This document shows positions 56,327 to 64,000 of a stretch of DNA of 64,000 nt, one piece after another. Under the pieces are notes generated by a model. That model did not search any database. It was not told where the DNA came from and saw nothing but the letters and a program-made list of their open reading frames with translations. Numbering within the stretch: the first letter of the stretch is position 1; every line of letters begins with the position of its first letter. The stretch is from a virus. Its lineage: Duplodnaviria; Caudoviricetes. The position numbers were made by a program, and so were the translations under genes. The stretch covers positions 352,001-416,000 of IMG/VR virus record IMGVR_UViG_3300021431_000075. The stretch is one strand, 5' to 3'.

Positions 56327-57289
56327 ATGGCAGAAAATAAGGTATCAGGTCAGTTGTTTACTGAAATGTTCAGACCAAGGACGATTGCGGAATGCATTCT
56401 TTGTCCGAGAGTTAGACAAGAACTTGAAAAGGGAGTGCATAACTCAATCCTCATGTATGGAACAGCAGGAATCGGAAAAACTTCATTGACTCGCTTGCTG
56501 GTTCAGGGACATGATGTTCTTGAGATAAACGCGTCGCTGGAGCGCGGTATTGATACGATTCGTGATGAAGTTGTTGCATTTGCATCAACAGCTTCGATTA
56601 TAACAGGAGAAGATACGTTCAAGATCATTCAGCTCGAGGAGTGTGATAACTTGACGCTTGATGCATGGAAATCATTGCGTTCTGTGATGGAGAAGTATTA
56701 CAAGAACGTGCGATTCGTTGCCAACTGCAATTATGTGGAGAAGATTCCGGAACCTATTCAATCAAGGTTCAACATGATATGCTTGAACCCAATAAATCAG
56801 GAAGAGAGTGAATATCTTTTCAAAGAGTATGTTTCCAGGGTTGGATATATTCTTTCAAAGATGAACATCAAGTTCACGGAAGATACTCTTAAAGAGTTTG
56901 TCAGGAAGTCATTCCCTGACATGCGCTACATTGTCAAGAATATACAGCAGATGCATGTTCGTAAGGTCACTGAACTTTCTTCTGATATGCTGAAGGCTTC
57001 TTATGACTGCTCGCCGCTTTTCCAGATGATATTGTCCGCTCCGAATCCGTGGGAGAACTATAAGAATCTTTCAAACGAGTGGGGAAATAACCCGGAAAGT
57101 GCAATCATTAACATCGCGGAAAATTTTGTTTCGTTTGTGCATGATTCGAACATTGGCTTTGATTCGAAGATTCCGGAACTTATTATTACGATTGCAGAGC
57201 ATCAGAATATGCTATCTACCGCGATAGACAAGTTTATTGTTCTTGCTTCTCTTGTTTTTAAGCTTCAGTTGATAATAAATCGCAGTTAA
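56327..57289 (+). CDS. Clamp loader ATPase subunit (T4 gp44/RFC-like)
   Basis: EMFRPRTIAECIL, GTAGIGKTS, INASLERGID, IQSR, FPDMR. Confidence 0.92.
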   Translation: MAENKVSGQLFTEMFRPRTIAECILCPRVRQELEKGVHNSILMYGTAGIGKTSLTRLLVQGHDVLEINASLERGIDTIRDEVVAFASTASIITGEDTFKIIQLEECDNLTLDAWKSLRSVMEKYYKNVRFVANCNYVEKIPEPIQSRFNMICLNPINQEESEYLFKEYVSRVGYILSKMNIKFTEDTLKEFVRKSFPDMRYIVKNIQQMHVRKVTELSSDMLKASYDCSPLFQMILSAPNPWENYKNLSNEWGNNPESAIINIAENFVSFVHDSNIGFDSKIPELIITIAEHQNMLSTAIDKFIVLASLVFKLQLIINRS

Positions 57290-57302
57290 ACATCATAATT
57301 AC

Positions 57303-58211
57303 ATGAGTGTATATACAACAAGAATAATAGAGGTTAATGTTTCAGAAAGCAAGGGCTATCTGAATGATATTGATGTGTTTCCGGAAGGCATACAGAACGG
57401 AGACATATACACTCTTCCTTATGATAAGATAAAAGACGGTAACAAATATTGCAAGTATGTTGATGGAAAGTGGGAGTTTTTGAAAACCTGTCCACACCAT
57501 TGGACTTTGTTGAAAGCATACATTCCGCGAGGTCCAAGAAAGAAGCAGCAGACTGTTCTTGTTGATGAGTATGATGAAAATCTCAAGCCGACTGGTCGGA
57601 AGATAGAGCAAGCGGTCGGTAGTCCAGACAAAAATGCTTATCTTTTTAAAGATGATGTCGGAAAAGATATATGGTTCAAGATTGAACGTGACTGGTCTAA
57701 CAACGGAGGATATGTTCGTGATAATTATATATCAAAGATGAATAATACTCCAATAACTGGTCGAGGACTTCCATCTGATATTTCTAAAGAGACGAATGCG
57801 TGGCTTGAGGAAGATAAAGCATTAGAATATGGTTATTCATTCACTTGGTGTACTTTGCAAGAATGGTATGATGAGTATGAAAAGGTTCAAGAGCGGATAT
57901 TGAAGAAAATTCAAAATTTGTACACAAAGAAAGAATTTGAATCGTCACAAAAGAAACTTGATTTCATCATAAAGAATCTCGGAAAGGTTCCATCAGACAA
58001 AGATGTAAAGAATATTCTTAAGAATAATAAAAGAAAGTCGGATGATGAGGATTTGTTCGATTTTGATTTCGAGATGGACTGTCTCATTGAAGATGAACTT
58101 CCGGAATTGTGGTCTATTGCTTATGAAATCGGAAGAATTGAAGCATTTGCTGATATGTATGACGAATTAGGAAATAGTGATTATGTTCGTATAATTTATT
58201 ATCTGTCTTAA
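57303..58211 (+). CDS. Hypothetical protein
   Basis: 302-aa ORF; RGLPSDIS and C-terminal VRIIYY. Confidence 0.75.
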   Translation: MSVYTTRIIEVNVSESKGYLNDIDVFPEGIQNGDIYTLPYDKIKDGNKYCKYVDGKWEFLKTCPHHWTLLKAYIPRGPRKKQQTVLVDEYDENLKPTGRKIEQAVGSPDKNAYLFKDDVGKDIWFKIERDWSNNGGYVRDNYISKMNNTPITGRGLPSDISKETNAWLEEDKALEYGYSFTWCTLQEWYDEYEKVQERILKKIQNLYTKKEFESSQKKLDFIIKNLGKVPSDKDVKNILKNNKRKSDDEDLFDFDFEMDCLIEDELPELWSIAYEIGRIEAFADMYDELGNSDYVRIIYYLS

Positions 58212-58223
58212 AAAATAAAAAAG

Positions 58224-59756
58224 ATGGCTTGGAGCAAATATCAAAATGACATATTTGATTATGCATTAAACAATAGCGGTTCATTTTCTATAAAGGCGGT
58301 TGCCGGAAGCGGCAAGACGACGACTCTTGTCGAATGTGCCAAGAGAATCAGTAGTTCGAATCAGAAGTTGAAGATTCTTTTTCTTGCATTCAACAAGATG
58401 ATTGTTGATAAGTTGAAAGAAGAGACAGCCGGAATGAACATCAATTGTAAGACTCTGCATGGTTTCGGGATGGCTGCATTGTGCAAGTCCGGGTTGAAGT
58501 TCAAGTTGAATGAGAAGAAGTGGGGCGCGTATATGAACAAGAAGGTTTTCAACCTGCTCGGTTCTGATTGTCAGATTGATAAGAAAGACATTTTGCCGTA
58601 CAAGTTGAACTGTCTGAAGTTGTTCGATATGTGCAGAATCAATCTTGTCAAGTCCGGAGACTTTGAACACATTCAGGAGATTGCCGGAACATATGGGATT
58701 ATCGGCATAGCAAATGAAGTTCAGGCTGTTTCGAAGATGCTGAAGATATCGACAAACTTGGTCATGTTCAAATCAAAGGAAGGTTTTGAGATTGACTATA
58801 TCGACATGATTACGCTTCCGCTGACTGATACATATAGACAGTTCGTATATAAGTATGACGTTGTCTTTATTGACGAAGCGCAGGACTTGAGTCTTGCACA
58901 GCAGGAGTTGATGCGGCTTGCGGTAGCCCCGAACGGGAAGTTCATATCAGCAGGAGATCCTGCACAGTCGATAACCGCATTTGCAGGAACCTTGATGAAC
59001 TCTTATGACAGGCTTGCAAAACTTGCAGGGAAGGAGCTTCCGCTTTCTGTCAATTATAGATGTGGAAGAACGATTGTTGAGTTGGCGCAGAATATTGTTC
59101 CTGAGATAACTCCATGTGATTTTGCAGAAGAGGGGCAGATTGTTCATCAGACGGACTTGAAGAATGCTCAATACGGAGATATGGTCATATGTAGGAAGAC
59201 GGCTCCGCTTATCGAGCTTGTTCTTAAGTACATGATAGACGGAAACAAGACTGCATTTGTCAAGGGAAACGATATTGCCGAAGATATAAGGAATCTGATT
59301 AACAAGGTTGGTGGCGATGATAACAGTTTTGGACTTCAGTCTTTGTATGATAGACTTGACGATTATAAAGTTAAGATGTATGACAAGTTGATGAAAGGAG
59401 ATGTTACTTCTATTCAGTCTTTTCATAATATAGTCGATAAGATTCATTGTATTCATTTGATAGGAGATCGCTGCTTTTCTGTGTCAGATATATTTGCAAT
59501 GATTGACAAGATTTTTGCAGACAGAGAGAACGGCGATGCAATAGTCATGAGCACGATACACAAGGCGAAAGGTCTTGAAGCAGACAATGTTTTTATTGTG
59601 TGTCCGGAACTTCTTCCGTTTGTGTATGATAAGCAACAGCAGTGGGAATTCGAACAGGAGATGAATCTGAAGTATGTTGCGATTACTCGTGCAAAGAAGA
59701 ATCTTTACTTTGTGGATGTTGAAGAGTCGAAAGTTTCAGAGATTGAGATAAACTAA
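58224..59756 (+). CDS. SF1 UvrD/Rep-like helicase
   Basis: AVAGSGKTT, IDEAQD, GDPAQSI, NYRC, STIHKAKGLE, YVAITRAK. Confidence 0.93.
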   Translation: MAWSKYQNDIFDYALNNSGSFSIKAVAGSGKTTTLVECAKRISSSNQKLKILFLAFNKMIVDKLKEETAGMNINCKTLHGFGMAALCKSGLKFKLNEKKWGAYMNKKVFNLLGSDCQIDKKDILPYKLNCLKLFDMCRINLVKSGDFEHIQEIAGTYGIIGIANEVQAVSKMLKISTNLVMFKSKEGFEIDYIDMITLPLTDTYRQFVYKYDVVFIDEAQDLSLAQQELMRLAVAPNGKFISAGDPAQSITAFAGTLMNSYDRLAKLAGKELPLSVNYRCGRTIVELAQNIVPEITPCDFAEEGQIVHQTDLKNAQYGDMVICRKTAPLIELVLKYMIDGNKTAFVKGNDIAEDIRNLINKVGGDDNSFGLQSLYDRLDDYKVKMYDKLMKGDVTSIQSFHNIVDKIHCIHLIGDRCFSVSDIFAMIDKIFADRENGDAIVMSTIHKAKGLEADNVFIVCPELLPFVYDKQQQWEFEQEMNLKYVAITRAKKNLYFVDVEESKVSEIEIN

Positions 59757-59761
59757 ACAAT

Positions 59762-59971
59762 ATGGATGATTCAATAGTTGTAACTTTAGATACAGAAATG
59801 GCAGACTTGATTGTTCATGCTTTGAGTGAGTTTCGCGAGAATTTCTATGAGCAGAGTAGAATGTATAATGAAGAAAACACTGAAAGAGTTTGTCGTACAC
59901 TTTGTATGATTGATAGACTTTGTTATCATTTGAAAATTGAAATTGCGAATAAAAATAAATTAATACAATAA
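59762..59971 (+). CDS. Hypothetical protein
   Basis: 69-aa ORF in operon. Confidence 0.6.
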   Translation: MDDSIVVTLDTEMADLIVHALSEFRENFYEQSRMYNEENTERVCRTLCMIDRLCYHLKIEIANKNKLIQ

Positions 59972-60399
59972 TGGATAAGATACAAGTTAATCAGTTTGAA
60001 TGTTTCATCGGAAATGAATACATTTCATTTTATATTGATGATGAACAAATAGGAGAGCTTCTTTATACAGTTGGATATTCAAGAGATATTGCTTCCGAAT
60101 ATGGAGACTCGGTTGATGATTTCGATATTTCAATATTGAGAAAGTTTGATTTCACAAAAGAAATTGTCAACATAGAGGATATATTTGTAAATCGAAAGCA
60201 GCAAGGAAAGAAATTGTTCAGGGGTATGCTTGAAGCCGGTATGGAAATTCTTACACAGAAATACACGCAGTTTATTTTAAGAGCATGTAGCGATAATGGT
60301 TTTCCGAACGATAAGTTGTGTGAGATTTATAAGGATGCCGGTTTCATCCCATATCAGGAAACAGAAGAAGACGGAATCATCATGTACAAGATTAATTAA
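59971..60399 (+). CDS. GNAT-family acetyltransferase
   Basis: IEDIFVNRKQQGKK (motif A) and LCEIYKDAGF (motif B). Confidence 0.75.
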   Translation: MDKIQVNQFECFIGNEYISFYIDDEQIGELLYTVGYSRDIASEYGDSVDDFDISILRKFDFTKEIVNIEDIFVNRKQQGKKLFRGMLEAGMEILTQKYTQFILRACSDNGFPNDKLCEIYKDAGFIPYQETEEDGIIMYKIN

Positions 60400-60434
60400 G
60401 CAAATTAAAGATAAACACGACAAAACAAATCATT

Positions 60435-61397
60435 ATGAACAGCGTTGATGAGAAGTATTTTGGCATTGTAAACAAAGTCAGAAACGAAGGGGTCAAGAAG
60501 ATGACTCGTTCTGGCGAAGTCATCTCAACATTCGGAATCATGGAACACTTTAACTTGAAGGAAGGTCTTCCGATTCTTACGACAAAGAAGGTATTTTCAC
60601 GCGGATGTATTGAAGAGCTTCTCTGGTTTTTGTCCGGAGACACGAACATCAAGTATCTTGTTGACAGGAATGTGCATATCTGGGATGATGATGCATTCCG
60701 TCATTATAACACGATGAGGAATTATTTCAGAAATGCAATGTTCCCGGAGATAACGAAAGAGCAGTTCATAGAAGATGTCAAGAACAAGAAGCGTCATTTC
60801 ATCAGAAGCTACTTTCACGGCTTGCCTGTTCCGACAACATATACGTCCGGAGACTTGGGACCGGTCTATGGCGCGTCATGGCGCAGATTCGGTAGAACTC
60901 ATGTTGACCAGATACAAAATATCATTGATACGTTAAGAACGAACCCTGACGACCGCAGAATGCTGTGTGTTGCTTTCAATCCGGAAGTGCTGGATGAAGT
61001 TGCATTGCCGCCATGTCATGTAGGGTTCCAGTTCTATACGAAACCGACAGAAGACGGAAAGAGAGAACTTAGTTGCTTATGGACACAAAGAAGTGTAGAT
61101 GTTGCACTCGGTTTTCCGTATAACTTATTGTCATATAGTGTGTTGACTCACATGGTTGCACAATGCTGCGATATGGAAGTCGGTGAAGTCATCTGCTCAC
61201 TTGGAGATACTCACATATATATGAACCAGATGGACGGTATCGAAGAGCAGCTTAAGAACGACCCGCATAAGTATGATTTGCCCGTTCTGAAGTTGAATCC
61301 GGAAATCAAGGATATTGACAAGTTCAGAATCGAAGACATTGTTATTGAGAATTATAACTCTTATGGAAAGATTTCATTCCCGTTGAGCGTTGGATGA
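60435..61397 (+). CDS. thyA: Thymidylate synthase
   Basis: PILTTKK, ELLWF, GPVYG, DDRR, ALPPCH, QRSVDVALGFPYN, DTHIY. Confidence 0.97.
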   Translation: MNSVDEKYFGIVNKVRNEGVKKMTRSGEVISTFGIMEHFNLKEGLPILTTKKVFSRGCIEELLWFLSGDTNIKYLVDRNVHIWDDDAFRHYNTMRNYFRNAMFPEITKEQFIEDVKNKKRHFIRSYFHGLPVPTTYTSGDLGPVYGASWRRFGRTHVDQIQNIIDTLRTNPDDRRMLCVAFNPEVLDEVALPPCHVGFQFYTKPTEDGKRELSCLWTQRSVDVALGFPYNLLSYSVLTHMVAQCCDMEVGEVICSLGDTHIYMNQMDGIEEQLKNDPHKYDLPVLKLNPEIKDIDKFRIEDIVIENYNSYGKISFPLSVG

Positions 61398-61462
61398 TGT
61401 AACTGATTTTAATTTCCGCTGCAATAGACAAGTTGCAATCAAATTCAAATAAGTAGAGAACG

Positions 61463-61615
61463 ATGTGGATAAGTTTTGACAAGCCGAGATGGAAGAACCA
61501 TGAGTGGTCATGTAGCATCTTTCCATATGTTACAATTACGAAGATTTCAAATTTGGTGATTGCTGTACACATCGGATGGCTGTTCTGGTGTTTTACAATT
61601 TCAAATGATTTTTAA
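61463..61615 (+). CDS. Small hypothetical protein (below ORF-track cutoff)
   Basis: 50-aa ORF MWISFDKPRW...IGWLFWCF filling the thyA-dut gap. Confidence 0.5.
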   Translation: MWISFDKPRWKNHEWSCSIFPYVTITKISNLVIAVHIGWLFWCFTISNDF

Positions 61616-61621
61616 TTATAT

Positions 61622-62062
61622 ATGGAAATAAAGATTATCAATAAAAGCAACAATCCGCTGCCGTGTTATCAGACTCCGGGAAGTGCTGGCGCTGATTTGA
61701 GAGCATGGATTGAAGACGGTTCGACTATAGTTTTGGAACCGTTGAAAACCGTACTGGTTCATACAGGTCTTTATATTGAATTGCCGGTCGGTTACGAGGC
61801 AAGAGTTCAGCCACGTTCCGGTCTTGCATTGAAGCATCAGATTACGGTTCTGAACAGTCCGGGTTGTATTGATGCAGATTACCGCGGAGAGATTGGAATC
61901 ATTCTAATCAACTTGTCAGACAAGCCGTTCGAAATCAATAATGGAGACAGAGTTGCGCAGATGATTATTTCAAAAGTCGAGACTGTTCGGTTCAATCTTG
62001 TTGAAGAACTTGATAAGACAGAACGTGTTGATGGCGGTTTTGGTCATACAGGTATCAAATAA
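61622..62062 (+). CDS. dut: dUTPase
   Basis: [35 protein letters not shown]. Confidence 0.97.
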   Translation: MEIKIINKSNNPLPCYQTPGSAGADLRAWIEDGSTIVLEPLKTVLVHTGLYIELPVGYEARVQPRSGLALKHQITVLNSPGCIDADYRGEIGIILINLSDKPFEINNGDRVAQMIISKVETVRFNLVEELDKTERVDGGFGHTGIK

Positions 62063-62072
62063 GTCTATTAAA

Positions 62073-62516
62073 ATGAGAAAGATAAAAACAAATATCAAAT
62101 TTTTTGACATCAAGTTCGACATTCAAGACAAATTGACAAAATGCACGATGAGCATTTCTGCAGATTTGGTTAGAGTCGAGTTGATAGCAAACAGTTTGAC
62201 AAATCTGTTTGTCATGAAGCATCTTGATAAACTTGGAATTTCGGTTGAAGGAACGAAATTGCGGTTCTCTGTTTCCGCTTATTCTAAATGCTGCGAAGGA
62301 GACGAATATAACGAGATTAAAGGTAGACTTTTGGCACATGACAAAGCGCAGTTGAAGGCAATCACGAAAATAAACAATTTTTGTAAGTGGTGGTATAAAA
62401 ACTATTTGGTCAAGTTCGGTCTTGAAAATTACGATACGTATATGTCTAAGATTGCGCTAACGCATAACAGAGTTTATAGTTGCATTGTGACTGAAGAGTC
62501 TGGACATTTAAAATAA
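62073..62516 (+). CDS. Hypothetical phage protein
   Basis: ATG at 62073; SKCCEGDEYNEIKGRLLA motif. Confidence 0.7.
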   Translation: MRKIKTNIKFFDIKFDIQDKLTKCTMSISADLVRVELIANSLTNLFVMKHLDKLGISVEGTKLRFSVSAYSKCCEGDEYNEIKGRLLAHDKAQLKAITKINNFCKWWYKNYLVKFGLENYDTYMSKIALTHNRVYSCIVTEESGHLK

Positions 62517-62523
62517 CTAAGTG

Positions 62524-63180
62524 ATGAAATATCCAACATCATTCATAAGCATTGATTTCGAGACTGCATATGCATTAAGAAGTTCAGTTATATCAGTCGG
62601 TGCCGTCAAGTTTATCGACAACAAGGAAGTTGATTCGTATTATTCATTGGTTCAGCCGGACTGGAATTCTTTGATACAGTTTGAACATGCTATCAGTTTT
62701 GAGTATGTTCACGGAATCGCGGACCGTGAATTGACAGACAAGCCTACGTTTGTAGAGATTCTTCCAGAACTTGAGCAGTTTTGTGGCAATCTTCCATTGG
62801 TCGCGCATAATGCTGCATTCGAGATGAGTTGCTTTAAGGCATTGAAAGAACTATACAGGTTTGAAACAACGATACAGTGCGATTATATATATGACACGAT
62901 GAAGATTTCAAAGGAAGTCGAGCAGGTTCTTGGATTGAATATCAAAGGAAAGGGAACTCATACGTTGAATACTCTATGCAAGATGTACGGAATCCCGTCT
63001 GGAACCCATCATAACGCGCTGGATGATTCCGTTGATTGCGGAAACATGCTTGTTGAGATGAACAAGATTCTTGATATGAGTTATGACGAGCTTGCAAATG
63101 TGCATATCGTGGTTCCGGAACCAATTATCGAGAAACTTGCACCGGTTGGAAGCGTTGAACTTGAACAATTATTAGTTTAG
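62524..63180 (+). CDS. DEDDh 3'-5' exonuclease (DnaQ-like)
   Basis: IDFETA, VHGI, VAHNAAFE, HHNALDDS. Confidence 0.92.
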   Translation: MKYPTSFISIDFETAYALRSSVISVGAVKFIDNKEVDSYYSLVQPDWNSLIQFEHAISFEYVHGIADRELTDKPTFVEILPELEQFCGNLPLVAHNAAFEMSCFKALKELYRFETTIQCDYIYDTMKISKEVEQVLGLNIKGKGTHTLNTLCKMYGIPSGTHHNALDDSVDCGNMLVEMNKILDMSYDELANVHIVVPEPIIEKLAPVGSVELEQLLV

Positions 63181-63183
63181 AAA

Positions 63184-63396
63184 ATGAACAAGAGAATTGC
63201 AAAAAAGGTTTTGAACGAGAACGGACCGCATTACGACTGGTACTACAGAAATGGACTCATTTCATTGGCTCCTGTCCATCCGGAGTTATATTTCAGAGCA
63301 TGCAGACGCTTTCACCAGAAGCCGTACTATGATGCGAAATGGCTTTCTGATATCCAGAAATGGAGAAAAGAACACCCAGTTAAAACAAAAAGATAA
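63184..63396 (+). CDS. Small basic hypothetical protein
   Basis: MNKRIAKK start; in operon. Confidence 0.65.
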   Translation: MNKRIAKKVLNENGPHYDWYYRNGLISLAPVHPELYFRACRRFHQKPYYDAKWLSDIQKWRKEHPVKTKR

Positions 63397-63408
63397 CCAA
63401 CTTATCAA

Positions 63409-63630
63409 ATGAGCAAACAAGATTGTATTAAGATGACCGGAATGGTCGTTCAGGACAAGTCGAATTCGATATTCGATGTCGAACTTGATAACGGCATGAC
63501 TATCACGGCGACTTTGTCCGGAAAGATTAGAATGAATAATATAAGAATACTTGTCGGAGATAAGGTCGATGTCGAGCTGTCTATGTATGACTTGACAAGA
63601 GGACGAATCACATTCCGACACAAAAACTAA
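63409..63630 (+). CDS. infA: Translation initiation factor IF-1
   Basis: [36 protein letters not shown]. Confidence 0.95.
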   Translation: MSKQDCIKMTGMVVQDKSNSIFDVELDNGMTITATLSGKIRMNNIRILVGDKVDVELSMYDLTRGRITFRHKN

Positions 63631-63635
63631 TTGTT

Positions 63636-64000
63636 ATGAAAAATTGTACAGGATTGCTTTCATGCAGCAATGAAATCAAGCATGAGTATTGCGCGACAGT
63701 AGTCAGAATCGGAGAACTCGTTCCTGTCGAGACAAGCGACAATCTTGTAAAGACGTTGATTAACGGAAACTCGATTGTAATGTCTCGTGGTTCTATTCAA
63801 GAAGGAGAAATCGCATTCTATGTTAGCAACGAGTGTGAAATCAATGCGGATTTCCTTTCTGTTAACAACCAGTTCGAACTTTCTGAATATGAAAGGAATG
63901 CAAATCGAGACGAAGTCGGTGCCATATTGAAAGGCACAGAGGACCTCAAGAACAAGATTGAAGTACTTAAGAAGAAAATCAAGAACATCAACAAGGTTAT
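63636..64000 (+). CDS. Probable RNA ligase N-terminal OB domain, 3' truncated
   Basis: Open frame to the window end: YCATVVRIGELVPVETSDNL...GEIAFY...FLSVNN resembles the DRB0094-type RNA ligase N-terminus. Confidence 0.5.
   Translation, partial: MKNCTGLLSCSNEIKHEYCATVVRIGELVPVETSDNLVKTLINGNSIVMSRGSIQEGEIAFYVSNECEINADFLSVNNQFELSEYERNANRDEVGAILKGTEDLKNKIEVLKKKIKNINKV

Noticed and set aside
60435-61397. ThyA as a dCMP/dUMP hydroxymethylase indicating a hypermodified base
   Set aside because: It keeps the canonical PCH and the specificity Asn (GFPYN), and dUTPase is adjacent, consistent with ordinary dTMP synthesis.
1-64000. Stop-codon reassignment (TAG to Gln as in Lak phages)
   Set aside because: Conserved genes (nrdD, metK, thyA, uvsW, prs) are full-length in the standard code, and TAG occurs at plausible gene ends (4705, 27191, 35269, 52650, 63180).
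1-64000. Apparent abundance of CCGG as a clue to the MTase target
   Set aside because: Impression only; explainable by CCG Pro and GGA Gly codon preference. Needs a codon-controlled k-mer count.
1-64000. Bacterial chromosome origin, suggested by fhs, prs, metK, infA and ompA
   Set aside because: These genes are interleaved with T4-like UvsW, clamp loader, baseplate and tube genes, share phage promoter motifs, and lack their usual bacterial operon context.

Overview
This 64 kb window is gene-dense, AT-rich and mostly on the + strand. It looks like part of a large (jumbo-type) T4-like myophage genome that infects a Bacteroidetes host (Prevotella/Bacteroides-like). Evidence: T4-like replication genes (gp45-like clamp, gp44 and gp62-like clamp loader subunits, UvsW), scattered virion genes (tail-tube-like, baseplate hub/spike, a 2169-aa tape-measure-like protein) and Bacteroidetes TAnnTTTG promoters. 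It reads cleanly in the standard genetic code. It carries many auxiliary genes: fhs, prs, metK, thyA, dut, nrdDG, an IMPDH/GMPR-fold protein lacking the catalytic loop, translation genes (S1-like, IF-1, Thg1), a dispersed RNA-repair set, and OmpA plus lipoproteins. The most notable observations are: (1) an operon of a PD-(D/E)xK-like nuclease, a C5 cytosine MTase split over two genes with a mini-intein at its catalytic Cys, and a second intact C5 MTase; (2) a free-standing intein/Hint gene with almost no exteins directly upstream of an intein-less nrdD; (3) AT-rich late genes sharing an N-terminal (L/V)NE-x-L(L/M)-acidic leader that resembles a capsid-targeting/protease-cleavage tag; (4) a tiny lipoprotein made mostly of Bacteroidetes O-glycosylation sequons next to ompA; (5) three separable promoter classes, including a recurrent TTTAAAC-N17-GTATACT motif. 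All calls come from motif recognition by eye. No database searches were run.
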